DNA of 62,269 nucleotides, filler included, from Jimgerdemannia flammicorona (Eukaryota): NCBI GenBank assembly GCA_003990765.1. It is 3 parts of 3 records of this genome, joined end to end, with 100 filler letters (N's around TTAATTAATTAA, not from the genome) between each part and the next. Parts side by side here need not be neighbours in the genome. Positions count along the whole stretch, not along the records: positions 41,581 to 62,269 come from RBNJ01001610.1; 2 more parts are not named here. One strand, 5' to 3'. Shown piece by piece: positions 60,601 to 62,269 of this stretch (position 1 is its first letter; each line of letters starts with the position of its first letter). The notes under the pieces were generated by a model. It saw only the letters and a program-made list of their open reading frames with translations, ran no database searches and was not told where the DNA came from. The position numbers and the translations under genes were made by a program.

Positions 60601-62269
60601 CTTGCTGAGCTCAGGCTGTTCTAGAGCTGAGGCTCCACTAGCAGAGAGCCTCCAGGCTCTGAGGTTGAGGTGTGGCCATCTGGCTCCAGTAGAGGGGTCC
60701 CAGAGATAGTTGATTTCCCTTCTTCCTATAGGGTCTAGGGCTTCTATGAAGTTGGTGGCATCTTCTGCCCATCCCTGGCAGATTGTATGTCTGATGAGAG
60801 CTAGGATGTCTTCTCCCAAATCATAGATCTTGAGGATTCTTCTTCCTGGTTTCTTGGTTTGGCTTTTTCAGATCTGGCCTCTGTTGTCTCCTCTCTTTAA
60901 AGTATAGAAAGTGACATCATGACTGAGGTAAATCTTCTGATGTCTGCAGTCTCAGCAGTCAGGGTGTCTCCCATGGTTGCAATATCCCATTGCTCAGAAA
61001 TGGTGTTCCTGACTGTTGATCTCTTGTTGTCTTAGGAATCAGTACCCATCTTGGTCATAAATGGGTGGGAGAGTAGACAAAGGATATATTTCTGATCAGG
61101 TGAAGAAGCCTTGCCCCCTGAATCAGCTTTGCTATTTAGTGGTGACTTTTTGAAAGATAGTTGACTGTGTAAGTGTGTTTGGGGGTTCTGGTCTCTGGGG
61201 TCTCTGTCTCTCCTGTTGGTCTAGTAAATGACACTGATAGCAGTAGTCTCAGAGAGAGTGGAAGACCACTTGGTGTGGACATCTTCCTAGCTGAAAAGCT
61301 TTTTCTCAGTGAGTTTCTTTCTTGGAGATAATGGTGATTATACTGGGTCCTTCTTCTGTATTCCAAGGGTCATTATCTTCAGGTGGTGTCCAATGGAGAT
61401 CATCCCAGAGAATGAGTTCAGAGACTTCTTCTTCTTCAGGTGCTTCTTGTTCAAGGACTTCTGGGTCAGAAGTTTCTTCTTCCTCAGATGATTCTTGATC
61501 CCAAATTACTTATACTTCTGCAGCTTCAGTTGCAGATGTTTCTGAAACATGTCTGCATTTCTTCTTCTTACTTCTGCACTCTGGGCAGGCTGTGCCAGGC
61601 GATTTCCTTGCTCCCATGATTTTGGAGGAGTACTCAGGACACTTGTGCCTCTTGAGGCAGGTAGGGCATCCTCTGGCTTTTCCTGCATTGGCTCCAATGG
61701 TTATGGGGATGGTGTTCTTAGCCCACACATTGTCTTCTGGTCTGTCATCTACCAGGTTAATTCAGGGATTGAGTCTGGGATCATTTTCATCTTTGGATAC
61801 TTCCTCTTCTTCTGTAGTAGATTCTTCACTGCTGGCATATTCTTCTTGAATAGTGACCTTCTTCTTCTTCTTTGATTGTTCATAGCTGGTCACCTTAACT
61901 CAGTAATCGAACTTGAGTACTTGTTGGCCAATATCAACAACTGTATTCATTTCCTTCATCTAGTTGGTGCCAAGAATCATGTCATAGGTGACAGCTTCAG
62001 TGACAACAGCTTTGGGGATGGAGAACTGAATGTGTCTAAGGGAGATGGTGATATTTCACACTTCTCCAAGGGGTTGAGTTCAGGCTCCATCTGCTACTAT
62101 GATGCTGAGGTTGGATGGTCTATCAATGGGCCATTGAAGGATATCCAGGAACTGTTTGGCTATGACACAGACAGCTGCTCCTGTGTCTATGAGGATCTTT
62201 GCCTTTTGTCCTCCAATATCTCCATGTAGGTAGGTGCTGATATGTCTTTCTGCTGCCTTTTTTTTTTTT

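Larger units (their letters stand above)
55397..62257 (-). mobile_element. Ty3/Gypsy family A, copy 2 (PR-Cys/His insert-dUTPase-RT-RH-IN-ORF3-3' LTR), more mutated
   Basis: Colinear with 20792-24060; RH (YTDAS), IN, LTR 55397-56763. Similarity stops at the poly(T) at 62258. Confidence 0.95.

Overview
Eukaryotic, almost certainly fungal DNA. Short GT-AG introns, TKL-type kinases, NLRC3/RNI-like LRRs and a Kelch membrane protein suggest an early-diverging Mucoromycota fungus such as Endogonales (inference). The window is three contigs joined by artificial N...TTAATTAATTAA...N spacers (20692-20791, 41481-41580). Most of it is nested, CpG-stripped and C>T/G>A-hypermutated transposons: L1/Tx1-like LINEs, two old chromovirus-type Ty3/Gypsy relics, a Ty1/copia gag relic, hAT-like termini, and two distinct dUTPase-encoding Ty3/Gypsy families. 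Family A has ~1.4-kb LTRs and a tRNA-Pro PBS. Family B has one full-length copy with 468-bp LTRs and an ATAT target duplication. A CpG-normal host island (~29400-41460) holds a gene with 16 one-exon-per-repeat LRRs plus a pseudokinase and a kinase, head-to-head with a signal peptide-Kelch-TM gene, and a Uma2-like nuclease fragment. Highlights: (1) a shared, non-env ~150-aa accessory ORF3 overlapping the integrase stop in families A and B, with a homolog in a third element; (2) a conserved -1 frameshift signal placed after the dUTPase in family A; (3) a modular phase-1 LRR exon array fused to a tandem pseudokinase-kinase, a candidate diversifying immune receptor; (4) a RIP-like but CpG-first mutational defence.
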